Source of the DNA: Fidelibacterota bacterium
GTDB taxonomy: Bacteria; Fidelibacterota; Marinisomatia; Marinisomatales; Marinisomataceae
DNA length: 64,000 nucleotides
Direction of reading: 5' to 3'
Assembly: GCA_045560235.1 (NCBI GenBank)
Contig: JBJKZP010000008.1
Span: 3,300-67,299, forward strand
Shown: positions 53,272 through 62,693 of the stretch, piece by piece
How positions within the stretch are numbered: position 1 is the stretch's first letter
How the letters are laid out: each line of letters starts with the position of its first letter
Notes under the pieces: generated by a model
What the model was told of the DNA's origin: nothing
The model's database searches: none
Seen by the model: the letters and a program-made list of their open reading frames with translations, nothing else
Program-made: the position numbers and the translations under genes

Positions 53272-54939
53272 ATGGACCGCAAAACTCTCACTGGTTTTAT
53301 TTTAATCGGTGCAATATTATTGTTGTGGCCCAGCTATCGAAACCTTATTTCCCCTCAAGAAAAAAAACAAGAAGAGCTTGTTGTTCCTCAGCAGTCCTTA
53401 GTTGAAGAATATTCCGAAACAAGCGTGGCGCCCAATGAAAACATACAGGCTTTAAAGGACGGCATAGAGCTTAACGTTGTTGAAGTTAATGCTGGCCTAT
53501 TTACAACAAAAATTAGCAATGCTCGCGGGGGGTCTTTTGTTTCTTATGAGCTTAGCGACCACTTAAAACAAAACGAGCCCTCATTAAACCTTATTGACAA
53601 TATCAACCCAGCTAACCTTGTTGTTAGTTTTATAGACCAGGGAGGTTCTGTTGTTGTTTTAGATAAAAACTGGATTTTAAAGTCTGGGTCTTCAACGAGG
53701 CTTGATGAAAACAACCCCTCTACAACCCTTTCTTATTTTACAACATACAACGGCAAAACAGTTACCAAAAGCCTAACAATTAATTTTAATTCTTATAATG
53801 TGGACGTTGTTGTTGATTTGCGCAACATTAAAACAGACTCTTTGGACGGCAAATACACCCTTTCGTGGATTGGTGGACTACCTGAATCAGAAGGAAAACA
53901 GGATGCAATGTTTATGGAGGGCCTCGTTGGACAAGCGGGAAACATTGAGTCTTTCCGTGTCGGTTCTGCGGGAATTTTTGGATCTTCAAGCACAAACAAC
54001 ATTGAAAAAGAAACAAAAAAATATGTTGGGCAGTCTGACTTTGTTGGATATAGAACAAAGTATTTTGGCATGTTTTTTGTTCCACAAAAAACCGATGTTG
54101 TTGAAATTACAAAATACTCGTCTGTAAACAGGGCGGCTGTTGATGTTTCTGTTTCACAAGATATAAACTTTGATAAAAACACCCTTTTCCTTGGCCCTCT
54201 TGACTATGGAAAGGTTGCGGCTCTTGAGGTTGGTTTAGAAGAAAAAATTCTTGGTTGGCAATGGCTCTCGTCTGTCTCTTGGTTGGTTTACAGCACAATG
54301 ATGCTCTTATACAGCCTTATACCAAACTACGGCCTTGTTGTGGTCCTTTTTGCTGTATTAATCAAATTAATAACGTATCCCTTGATGGCAAAACAGCTGA
54401 GATCCTCTAAAAAAATGCAGGAAATTTCACCCGAGCTAAACAAAATAAAATTAAAATACAAAAACAACCCAACCCTTCAACAACAAAAAATTGCTGCGCT
54501 TTTTCAGGAAAACAAGATTAACCCCCTAGCCGGGTGTTTACCCCTTTTAATCCAAATGCCTGTTCTTATGTCGGTTTTTATGGTTTTCAGAAACACTATA
54601 GAGTTTCGCGGGGAGTCTTTCTTTTTGTGGATTAGCGACCTTTCTTCTGCTGACACTCTTTTGTTTATAGCGGGGGTGCCATTAAATGTTTTGCCCTTTT
54701 TGATGGCTGTCTCAATGTTTTATACAATGAAGCTTGGTTCGGCCAATCAGCCATCGGGCGGAGACCCTGCCCAAGAAGCCACTCAAAAGATGATGAAATA
54801 TATGTTTCCCGGCATGATGTTCTTTTTGTTTTATTCTTTTCCGTCAGGATTAAATCTTTATTATTTATGTTTTAATGTTATGCAAATTTTGCAGCAGAAA
54901 ATTATAAACAGCGAAAAAACCTCAACCATAAAAAAATAA
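53272..54939 (+). CDS. yidC: Membrane protein insertase YidC
   Basis: N-terminal TM, large periplasmic domain, NYG..., NPLAGCLPLLIQMP, WISDLS, FPSGLNLYY. Confidence 0.97.
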   Translation: MDRKTLTGFILIGAILLLWPSYRNLISPQEKKQEELVVPQQSLVEEYSETSVAPNENIQALKDGIELNVVEVNAGLFTTKISNARGGSFVSYELSDHLKQNEPSLNLIDNINPANLVVSFIDQGGSVVVLDKNWILKSGSSTRLDENNPSTTLSYFTTYNGKTVTKSLTINFNSYNVDVVVDLRNIKTDSLDGKYTLSWIGGLPESEGKQDAMFMEGLVGQAGNIESFRVGSAGIFGSSSTNNIEKETKKYVGQSDFVGYRTKYFGMFFVPQKTDVVEITKYSSVNRAAVDVSVSQDINFDKNTLFLGPLDYGKVAALEVGLEEKILGWQWLSSVSWLVYSTMMLLYSLIPNYGLVVVLFAVLIKLITYPLMAKQLRSSKKMQEISPELNKIKLKYKNNPTLQQQKIAALFQENKINPLAGCLPLLIQMPVLMSVFMVFRNTIEFRGESFFLWISDLSSADTLLFIAGVPLNVLPFLMAVSMFYTMKLGSANQPSGGDPAQEATQKMMKYMFPGMMFFLFYSFPSGLNLYYLCFNVMQILQQKIINSEKTSTIKK

Positions 54940-56229
54940 ATGGCTATTGTAGCTTGTTCAACTCCCCCTGGAAGAAGTGGCATTGCGGTTGTAAGGCTTT
55001 CCGGTAAAAATTCTAATAAAATTGTAAAAACCCTTATATGTGGTCACGCCCTTAAAAGAAAACACCTGCGCCCAGAGCTTGTAGATATTGTAGATAAAAA
55101 AAACAGAACTTTTGATCGGGCTGTTATTACTCAATACTTGTCTCCAAATTCTTATACCGGCGAAGATATTGTTGAAATATCTTGTCACGGAAACCCTGTA
55201 ATTATTTCAAATATCATTGACCTTTGTCTTGACGCCGGAGCAACAATAGCAGAGCCTGGAGAGTTTACAAAAAAAGCTTTTTTAAGCGGTAAAATGGACC
55301 TGTCTGAGGCAGAGTCTGTGTCGTCTATTATACATGCAAAATCTTTAGCGGGCGTTCGGGCGGGCGTTAAGAACCTTAAAGGCTCTCTTTCTGGGTCTGT
55401 TTTTAAAATTAAGAAAAAAATTATAGGGCTTATTGCCAGCCTAGAGTTTAATCTTGATATTTCTGAGGAGGACTTACAGCCAAATATTATAAAAAATACA
55501 CTGCGGGGCGTTAAATCCCAGGCTTTAATTCTAAAATCCTGCGTCAAAAGCTTTAGGGAGTCTCAATTTTTTCAAGACGGGGCTTCTGTTGTGTTGGCAG
55601 GGCCACCAAACGCAGGCAAGTCTACCCTTTTTAATGCTCTTATTAATAAAAAACAATCAATAGTAACCTCCGAAGAGGGTACAACCAGGGACGTTGTTGA
55701 AAAAAGCCTTTTTATCAAACAGCTCCCTGTTATGCTAAAGGACACCGCTGGAATTAGGGCGGGCAAAAGCGAAGCAGAAAAGCAGGGTGTTTTAAAGTCA
55801 AAAGAAGAAGTTTTGGGCGCAGACCTTGTTATTATGTTTGACAAAAAACCAAAAAAACCAAAAAATAATTACCTATATGTTTTTAACAAGTCTGATATAA
55901 AAAAAACCGAGGATGATTATGATATTTATATTTCGGCTAAAGAAAATATAAATATTGAAAAACTTAGAAATCTTGTTTATAAAAAACTTGTTGGGGATGA
56001 TTTCTCTGTGGGAGAGGTTTTGTTAACCTCAAAAAGACAATTATCTTCTGTATTAGGCGCATCTAAACACCTGGAAAAAGCCTCTCTCCTTTTAAAAAAC
56101 AAAAATTCTCTTGAGCTTGTTGTAGAAGATTTAAATCTTTGTGTTAAAGAGTTGGATAAAATAACAAAAAAAACAACTAGGGATGATATACTAAATAGTG
56201 TTTTTTCCTCTTTTTGTGTAGGTAAATAG
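54940..56229 (+). CDS. mnmE: tRNA modification GTPase MnmE
   Basis: SYTGED, PGEFT, GPPNAGKS, GTTRD, DTAG, NKSD, terminal FCVGK. Confidence 0.98.
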   Translation: MAIVACSTPPGRSGIAVVRLSGKNSNKIVKTLICGHALKRKHLRPELVDIVDKKNRTFDRAVITQYLSPNSYTGEDIVEISCHGNPVIISNIIDLCLDAGATIAEPGEFTKKAFLSGKMDLSEAESVSSIIHAKSLAGVRAGVKNLKGSLSGSVFKIKKKIIGLIASLEFNLDISEEDLQPNIIKNTLRGVKSQALILKSCVKSFRESQFFQDGASVVLAGPPNAGKSTLFNALINKKQSIVTSEEGTTRDVVEKSLFIKQLPVMLKDTAGIRAGKSEAEKQGVLKSKEEVLGADLVIMFDKKPKKPKNNYLYVFNKSDIKKTEDDYDIYISAKENINIEKLRNLVYKKLVGDDFSVGEVLLTSKRQLSSVLGASKHLEKASLLLKNKNSLELVVEDLNLCVKELDKITKKTTRDDILNSVFSSFCVGK

Positions 56230-56243
56230 TTTCACGTGAAACG
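56228..56243. promoter_or_regulatory. parS centromere site 1
   Basis: Perfect palindrome GTTTCACGTGAAAC (56229-56242), 14/16 match to TGTTTCACGTGAAACA. Confidence 0.9.
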
Positions 56244-58125
56244 CTTAAAAACAAATTATGATATTGTTGTCGTTGGTGGCGGCCACGCCGGGTTAGAAGC
56301 TTCTTTAATAGCTCACAAAAGAGGGGTTAGTGTTCTTTTGGTTTCAATGGATAAAAATTCTATTGGAAGAACCTCTTGTAACCCTGCTGTTGGCGGCCTG
56401 GCAAAAGGACAGATGATAAAAGAGGTTGATGTTTTGGGTGGAGTTATGGGGTTTTTTGCAGACAAATCAACCCTTCAGAGTAAAACCTTAAATATGTCTA
56501 AGGGGCGCTCTGTTTGGTCTCCAAGATCTCAAATAGATAAAAACCTTTATGAAAAAACTGCTCAACAACACATAGGTTCGGTTGGTCTTGATGTTTTTGA
56601 GGGAGAGGTTGTTGGTCTTGACATAAAAAACAACAAGGTTTGTGGTATAAACCTAAAAAACGGTGAAACTATTTCCTGTAAAGCGGCCATATTAACATGT
56701 GGAACCTTCTTAAATGGGCTTATACATATAGGCAAAAAACAAATTCCTGCGGGCAGGTATGACGAAAAGAGATCAAAGGGAATAACCGAATTTTTAAATT
56801 CTATAGGATTAACATCTGGCAGGCTTAAAACGGGAACTCCCCCGAGAATTAAAAGGTCTTCCGTTCGCTGGGATTTGGGCGAAGAAGATTTTGGTGATAA
56901 AAACCCAAAACCTCTATCATATAGAACTAAAAATTTTAAGCCCAAAGATGAGCCCTGCTATTCTTTTAGAACCACAGAAAAAACCCATGAAATGATTTTA
57001 AAAAACTTAAGTTCCTCGGCAATGTATTCGGGAAAAACTATGGCTACCGGTCCAAGGTATTGCCCCTCCATCGAAGATAAGGTTTATAAATTTAAAAAAA
57101 ACCCCTCTCACCTTCTACAGCTAGAGCCTGAGTGGACAAAGTCTAATCAAATATATGTTAATGGTTTTTCTACAAGCCTCTCAGAAGATATTCAATTAAA
57201 ATGCCTTAAAACCGTTCCCGGGCTAGAAAACGTAGAATTTATAAGGCCTGGATATGCAATAGAATATGATTTTTTTCACCCCTCTCAACTTACAAACACC
57301 CTCGAAAGCAAGGCTCTTGGGGGTCTTTTTTTGGCCGGACAAATAAACGGAACCTCGGGATATGAAGAAGCTTCTTCACAGGGTCTCGTGGCGGGAATAA
57401 ATGCCTCTTGTTATATTTTAAAAGAAAGCCCTTTGGTTTTAAAAAGAGACGACGCATATATAGGGGTACTAATAGATGACTTAATATTAAAAGATACTAA
57501 TGAACCATATAGAATGTTTACATCTCGTGCAGAATATAGGCTTCAGTTAAGATCTTCAAATGCAGATCAAAGACTATTAAAATATTCAATAAAATATAAT
57601 TTATTGGATAAAAAAACCTCTGAAATGCTTACACAAAAAACCGAAAAAACTAGTAGGTTGGTTAAAAAATTAAAAGAAACAACCGTCAAACCAGAAGACA
57701 TAAATAAAAAACTTATTAGCTTAGGTGAAAAACAGATAAGACAGTCTCAAAAAATTTCCACAATATTAAAAAGGCCCCCTCTTTCTATTAAACATTTTAA
57801 TATAATAAATAAAAAATCTAGTGCACTAAAATCCTCTCTAGAAGAAGAAATTTTGTTTGAAGCGGAAACAATTATTAAATACAGTGGTTATATTAACAGA
57901 CAACAAGAAGAAATAGATAAAATTAAGGTTTATGAAGAAATGATTATTCCTTTAGACTTTAATTATAATAAAATTAAAAGTCTTTCAAATGAAAGCAGGG
58001 AAAAGTTTATGAGTATAAAACCCCAAACAGTTGGACAGGCACAAAGAATTAATGGTATTAGACCATCAGATATTTCAATTTTATTAGTATATTTAAGGCG
58101 TCCGTTTCACGTGAAACAAAAATGA
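56236..58125 (+). CDS. mnmG: tRNA uridine 5-carboxymethylaminomethyl modification enzyme MnmG (GidA)
   Basis: VVGGGHAG, SCNPAVGG, RLKTGTPPR, GPRYCPSIEDK, AGQINGTSGYEEA, EPYRMFTSRAEYRL. Confidence 0.99.
   Translation: MKRLKTNYDIVVVGGGHAGLEASLIAHKRGVSVLLVSMDKNSIGRTSCNPAVGGLAKGQMIKEVDVLGGVMGFFADKSTLQSKTLNMSKGRSVWSPRSQIDKNLYEKTAQQHIGSVGLDVFEGEVVGLDIKNNKVCGINLKNGETISCKAAILTCGTFLNGLIHIGKKQIPAGRYDEKRSKGITEFLNSIGLTSGRLKTGTPPRIKRSSVRWDLGEEDFGDKNPKPLSYRTKNFKPKDEPCYSFRTTEKTHEMILKNLSSSAMYSGKTMATGPRYCPSIEDKVYKFKKNPSHLLQLEPEWTKSNQIYVNGFSTSLSEDIQLKCLKTVPGLENVEFIRPGYAIEYDFFHPSQLTNTLESKALGGLFLAGQINGTSGYEEASSQGLVAGINASCYILKESPLVLKRDDAYIGVLIDDLILKDTNEPYRMFTSRAEYRLQLRSSNADQRLLKYSIKYNLLDKKTSEMLTQKTEKTSRLVKKLKETTVKPEDINKKLISLGEKQIRQSQKISTILKRPPLSIKHFNIINKKSSALKSSLEEEILFEAETIIKYSGYINRQQEEIDKIKVYEEMIIPLDFNYNKIKSLSNESREKFMSIKPQTVGQAQRINGIRPSDISILLVYLRRPFHVKQK
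58103..58118. promoter_or_regulatory. parS centromere site 2
   Basis: cGTTTCACGTGAAACA, 15/16 match, in the last codons of mnmG. Confidence 0.9.
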
Positions 58126-59417
58126 AAAAAATATTATACATATTATTATTAAATTGTTTTTTGATTTCTCAAGAGAGTATTCTTCTTGACAGGGTTGCTT
58201 CTATTGTTGAAAATAAAATAGTTTTAATGAGTGATGTTGTTTTAGCTACAAATGCTGTTGCAGCACAACAAAAAATAAACCCAAATACAAATCCGAGTGA
58301 ATATAAAAAACTATTAGAAAGCTCTAGAGAAAGTATGGTTGAACAATTATTAATAATTGAAATGGCAGAACAAGACTCTGTTGAAATTTTAGAAAAAGAC
58401 ATAGATAGGGCTTTAGAAAAACAAATTGAAAACATTATAGCTCAAACGGGGGGTAAAAAAGAGGCAGAGCTTGCTCTGGGTAAAAAAATTTCAGACTTTA
58501 AAAGATCTTATAGGGACGATATGAAAGGAAAGCTTTTAGCTGAAAAATATACATCCTCTTTAACTTCCTCAATTAGTGTTTCTAGGGGAGATATAATAGA
58601 TTTTTATACTACTTATAAGGACAGTATTCCGGATTTTCCTACTCTATATAAAACACATCATATTTTATTGGAAATAAAGCCTTCTGACAAATCCTTAAAT
58701 ACAACCTTTAAAAAAGCATTGAACATAAAAAAAGAAATAATTAATGGACTAAACTTTGATGAGGCGGCTAAAAAATATTCCGAAGACCCCGGATCAAAAG
58801 ATCGTGGAGGAAATTTAGGATATGTTAACAGAGGAACTTTTGTTAAAGAGTTTGATAGGGCTGTTTTTACTGTTGAAAAAAATAAATTAACAGACCCTAT
58901 TAAAACAAGTTATGGTTATCATTTAATAGAGGTTTTAGAAAGGTCTGGTGAAAAGGTTTTAGCAAGACATATATTATTAAGAAATGAAATAACTGATTTT
59001 GATAAAAAAGAAACATATGAAAAAATAAATAAAATTAAAAATACCATAAATAATTATGATGATTTTCATAATTCTGCACAAGAGTTTTCAGACGACAAAA
59101 CCAGTTCTCCAAATGGGGGACTACTTGGTATGATTGACCTCGAATTTTATCAGGTACCTGAACTTAAAAAAACCATAAAATCTATTGAAATAAAAACCGT
59201 AAGTAGTCCAGTTCTTACAAGCTTTGGATATCATTTAATATGGGTAGAAGAAATAAAAGAAGGAGGAAAAGTTTCCTTAGAAAAGAATTGGTTAGATATC
59301 GAAAAAATGGCCTTAAATAAAAAAAAATCAGATTGGTACAATAGTTGGATATTAAATATTAAAAATAAATTTTATATAAAAAGAAATCCACTTACTTATC
59401 CACAAATAGGTGGATAA
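58122..59417 (+). CDS. SurA-like periplasmic chaperone with two parvulin PPIase domains
   Basis: LDRVASIVEN..VLMSD, HHILL, AKKYSEDPGS..GGNLG, GYHLI twice. Confidence 0.9.
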   Translation: MKKILYILLLNCFLISQESILLDRVASIVENKIVLMSDVVLATNAVAAQQKINPNTNPSEYKKLLESSRESMVEQLLIIEMAEQDSVEILEKDIDRALEKQIENIIAQTGGKKEAELALGKKISDFKRSYRDDMKGKLLAEKYTSSLTSSISVSRGDIIDFYTTYKDSIPDFPTLYKTHHILLEIKPSDKSLNTTFKKALNIKKEIINGLNFDEAAKKYSEDPGSKDRGGNLGYVNRGTFVKEFDRAVFTVEKNKLTDPIKTSYGYHLIEVLERSGEKVLARHILLRNEITDFDKKETYEKINKIKNTINNYDDFHNSAQEFSDDKTSSPNGGLLGMIDLEFYQVPELKKTIKSIEIKTVSSPVLTSFGYHLIWVEEIKEGGKVSLEKNWLDIEKMALNKKKSDWYNSWILNIKNKFYIKRNPLTYPQIGG

Positions 59418-59600
59418 ATATTTATACTAAAATTATTTATTTTATCAACATTTAATAAACCAATTATCAACTTTATTTTTTTTCAATTTAAAAAAGACTA
59501 TCTCGTCGACAAAACAGTTTATATTGTTAGTTATCAACATATATACCTATATAATAATAGTACTAATTTTTTATATATAAATATTTAATAAATATATAGT
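59396..59600. other. Probable replication origin oriC
   Basis: DnaA boxes TTATCCACA 59396-404, reverse TTATCCACC 59409-417, TTATCAACA 59442-450 and 59531-539, TTATCAACT 59464-472; trio-like ATA ATA ATA GTA CTA 59551-565; pure A/T tract about 59564-598; directly upstream of dnaN. Confidence 0.85.
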
Positions 59601-59611
59601 CTAGTTTAAGC

Positions 59612-59640
59612 TTGTTCTGAAACCATTATTATTTTAATAT
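59612..59640 (+). promoter_or_regulatory. Candidate dnaN promoter
   Basis: TTGTTC-17 nt-TAATAT ending 12 nt before the ATG; AT-rich context lowers specificity. Confidence 0.4.
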
Positions 59641-59652
59641 TGAAGGTTAATT

Positions 59653-60759
59653 ATGAATATTTCAACCACAAGAAAAGAACTTCAACAAGCATTTTCAAAA
59701 TTAACCAAAACTACTCAGTTAAAATCTCAAAATCCTTTAGTTAATTATACCTATATATCATCTTCTGCTGCAGGTGTTATGCTTCACTCAACAGATCTTG
59801 AGGTGGGAGTTAAAACACAAATTAATGCCTCTGTTAATAATAATGGGGAAGGATTGTTTCCTACTTCTGAAATGAACGATATTATTAATGTTATAGATGA
59901 TGGTAGAGTTGATATAGAGATTTCTGGACCACATATTAATATTAAATCTGAAAAAGGAATATCTTTTGATATTTCAACAGTTCCTTTTCAAGAATATCCT
60001 GATATACCAGAAAATAAACATGAAAATTTATATTGTATTGATACCGCAAATTTAAAAGATATTATATCTTCTTTGCTATATGCAGTTAATAGTGAACCAA
60101 CTAAACCTGCATTAAATGGAGCGTGTTTTAATTTTTTAGAGGACACTGTTGATTTTGTTGCAACAGACGGACATAGGCTTGTTAAAATTTCTAAACAAAA
60201 TACTACAAGTATTTTAGGATCGTTTATTATTCCTAAGAAATTTTTATCTATTTTAGGATCTTTTTTAGAAGGACAATCAGAAACTAATCTAGTTATTAGT
60301 GGAAATTATATTTTTACTAATAATAATAAAGACGTTTTCTATTCTAAAATTATTGACGAAAAGTATCCTAATTATAATGCGGTAATTCCAGATGAAAATC
60401 CTCTTATTTTAAAAGCAAGTAAAAGCGAAATGCTTAATAATATAAAAGCCGCTTCTATAGCCACCAATAAAAATACAAATCAAATTTCTCTTAATCTTTC
60501 AGAGGGAAAAGTATATTTTAAAAGTGTTAATCAACCGGAAAGTAAAACGGTCTATGCCCCCTTAAAGACGGCGGAATATTCTGGTGAAGATATTTCAATA
60601 GGTTTTAATGCTCTTTATTTAAAAGAGGCTGTTTCTAAATATAATAATGAAAATATTGTTTTTTCATTTAAAGACTCTTTGTCTGCCACATTATTCTTAC
60701 CTAAAATAGACGACCAAAAAACTACTATATTATTAATGCCAGTGAGGATAAATGACTAA
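59653..60759 (+). CDS. dnaN: DNA polymerase III beta sliding clamp
   Basis: STDLE, VATDGHRL, YPNY.AVIP, IGFNALYL, LLMPVR. Confidence 0.97.
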   Translation: MNISTTRKELQQAFSKLTKTTQLKSQNPLVNYTYISSSAAGVMLHSTDLEVGVKTQINASVNNNGEGLFPTSEMNDIINVIDDGRVDIEISGPHINIKSEKGISFDISTVPFQEYPDIPENKHENLYCIDTANLKDIISSLLYAVNSEPTKPALNGACFNFLEDTVDFVATDGHRLVKISKQNTTSILGSFIIPKKFLSILGSFLEGQSETNLVISGNYIFTNNNKDVFYSKIIDEKYPNYNAVIPDENPLILKASKSEMLNNIKAASIATNKNTNQISLNLSEGKVYFKSVNQPESKTVYAPLKTAEYSGEDISIGFNALYLKEAVSKYNNENIVFSFKDSLSATLFLPKIDDQKTTILLMPVRIND

Positions 60760-62692
60760 AAACAATTATGGCGCAGATAAAATATCCGTTTTAAAAGGAT
60801 TAGAAGCTGTTAGAAAAAGACCTGCCATGTATATTGGCGACGTAGGAAAAAGAGGATACCATCACCTTGTTAGTGAGGTTGTTGACAATAGTATAGATGA
60901 AGCATTAGCTGGTTTTTGTAGTTCTATAATAGTAACAATTAAAAACGATGGATTTATATCTATTGAAGATGATGGAAGAGGCATACCCGTAGAAATACAT
61001 AAAACAGAAGGAAAGCCAGCCTTAGAGGTTGTTATGACGGTTTTACATGCAGGTGGAAAATTTGATAAAAATACTTATAAGGTTTCAGGAGGCCTTCATG
61101 GTGTAGGTGTTTCTGTTGTAAATGCACTGTCTGAATCTTTGATTGCTGAAGTACATAGAGATGGAAATCATTATAAACAAGAATATACTATAGGCCAACC
61201 AACAACAGAAGTAGAAAAGGTTGGAAAAAGCGACAAAACAGGGACAATAATATCTTTTAAGCCAGATCACTCAGTTTTTACACATAAGGGCTTTGAAGAA
61301 GAAATCATAAAAGGAAGACTAAAAGAATTAGCTTATTTAAATAAAAATTTATCAATTACAATGATTAATGAGCCGGAAGAAACAAAAACAGAATATTGTT
61401 TTCCAGGAGGACTTTCCGATTTTGTAAAATATTTAGATGGAGGAGAAGACCTAATTCATGATGAAATTATATCGGTTTCAAGAGAAGACATTGAGGTTCC
61501 GGTTGATTTGGCCCTTAGATATAGCACAAATTATAACAGTAATATATTTTCTTTTGTAAATAACATTAATACCATCGAAGGGGGAACTCACCTTTCAGGT
61601 TTTAGATCCGCCTTAACACGAGCATTAAATAGCTATGCAAATAAAAACGATTTAATCAAAACAAAAAAGAATGAAAAATTTTCTCTTTCTGGGGATGATT
61701 TTAGAGAGGGTTTAACAGTTGTTCTTTCTATTAAAGTTCAAGAGCCTCAGTTTGAAGGACAAACAAAAACAAAGCTTGGAAACGGCGAAGTTAAGGGAAT
61801 GGTAGACAACATTGTATATGACGGAATACAGGCCTTTTTAGAACAAAACCCAAAAGTAGGAAAAAAAATTATAGAAAAGGCGGCAGAAGCTGCCAGAGCT
61901 AGAATAGCCGCAAAAAAAGCTAGAGAGCTTGTTAGAAAAAAATCAGGCCTAGGCTCAACAACTCTCCCGGGGAAATTGGCCGACTGTTCAAACAAAGACC
62001 CTCTTCAATGTGAACTTTTTTTGGTTGAGGGGGATTCGGCCGGAGGAACAGCTAAACAAGGAAGAGATAGAAGAACGCAGGCCATCTTGCCCCTAAGAGG
62101 AAAAGTTATTAATTCTGAAAAAGCAAGAGAAGATAAACTTTTAGCAAACAACGAAATACAATCTATTATAACAGCTCTTGGCTGCGGTTTTGGAGAAGGC
62201 GAAGACGACCCAAGCGGTTTTAATCCTGAAAAACTAAGATATCACAAGATAGTTATTATGACGGATGCTGATGTTGATGGTAGCCACATTAGAACCCTTT
62301 TGTTAACATTCTTTTGGAGAAAAATGAAAAGTCTTGTACAAGGGGGTTTTTTATATATGGCAATGCCTCCGCTATATAAAATGAAGCAAGGCAAAAAAGA
62401 AAGATATGCCTATACAGACGAAGAAAGAGATCAGGTTTTACAAAGGATGGAGTCTGAAAATAAGGCAAAAATTGATATTCAAAGATATAAAGGTTTAGGG
62501 GAAATGAACGCAGAACAGCTTTGGGACACAACAATGAATGCTGAAACTAGAACGCTAATACAGGTTACAGTTGATCATATTATGGAAGAAGAAACAAATA
62601 TTAGATTTAGAGAGTTGATGGGAACAGAGGTAGAACACAGAAGATCTTTTATAACAGAAAGAGCAAAATTCGCAACAAATATAGATATATAA
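60752..62692 (+). CDS. gyrB: DNA gyrase subunit B
   Basis: [61 protein letters not shown]. Confidence 0.98.
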   Translation: MTKNNYGADKISVLKGLEAVRKRPAMYIGDVGKRGYHHLVSEVVDNSIDEALAGFCSSIIVTIKNDGFISIEDDGRGIPVEIHKTEGKPALEVVMTVLHAGGKFDKNTYKVSGGLHGVGVSVVNALSESLIAEVHRDGNHYKQEYTIGQPTTEVEKVGKSDKTGTIISFKPDHSVFTHKGFEEEIIKGRLKELAYLNKNLSITMINEPEETKTEYCFPGGLSDFVKYLDGGEDLIHDEIISVSREDIEVPVDLALRYSTNYNSNIFSFVNNINTIEGGTHLSGFRSALTRALNSYANKNDLIKTKKNEKFSLSGDDFREGLTVVLSIKVQEPQFEGQTKTKLGNGEVKGMVDNIVYDGIQAFLEQNPKVGKKIIEKAAEAARARIAAKKARELVRKKSGLGSTTLPGKLADCSNKDPLQCELFLVEGDSAGGTAKQGRDRRTQAILPLRGKVINSEKAREDKLLANNEIQSIITALGCGFGEGEDDPSGFNPEKLRYHKIVIMTDADVDGSHIRTLLLTFFWRKMKSLVQGGFLYMAMPPLYKMKQGKKERYAYTDEERDQVLQRMESENKAKIDIQRYKGLGEMNAEQLWDTTMNAETRTLIQVTVDHIMEEETNIRFRELMGTEVEHRRSFITERAKFATNIDI

Positions 62693-62693
62693 A

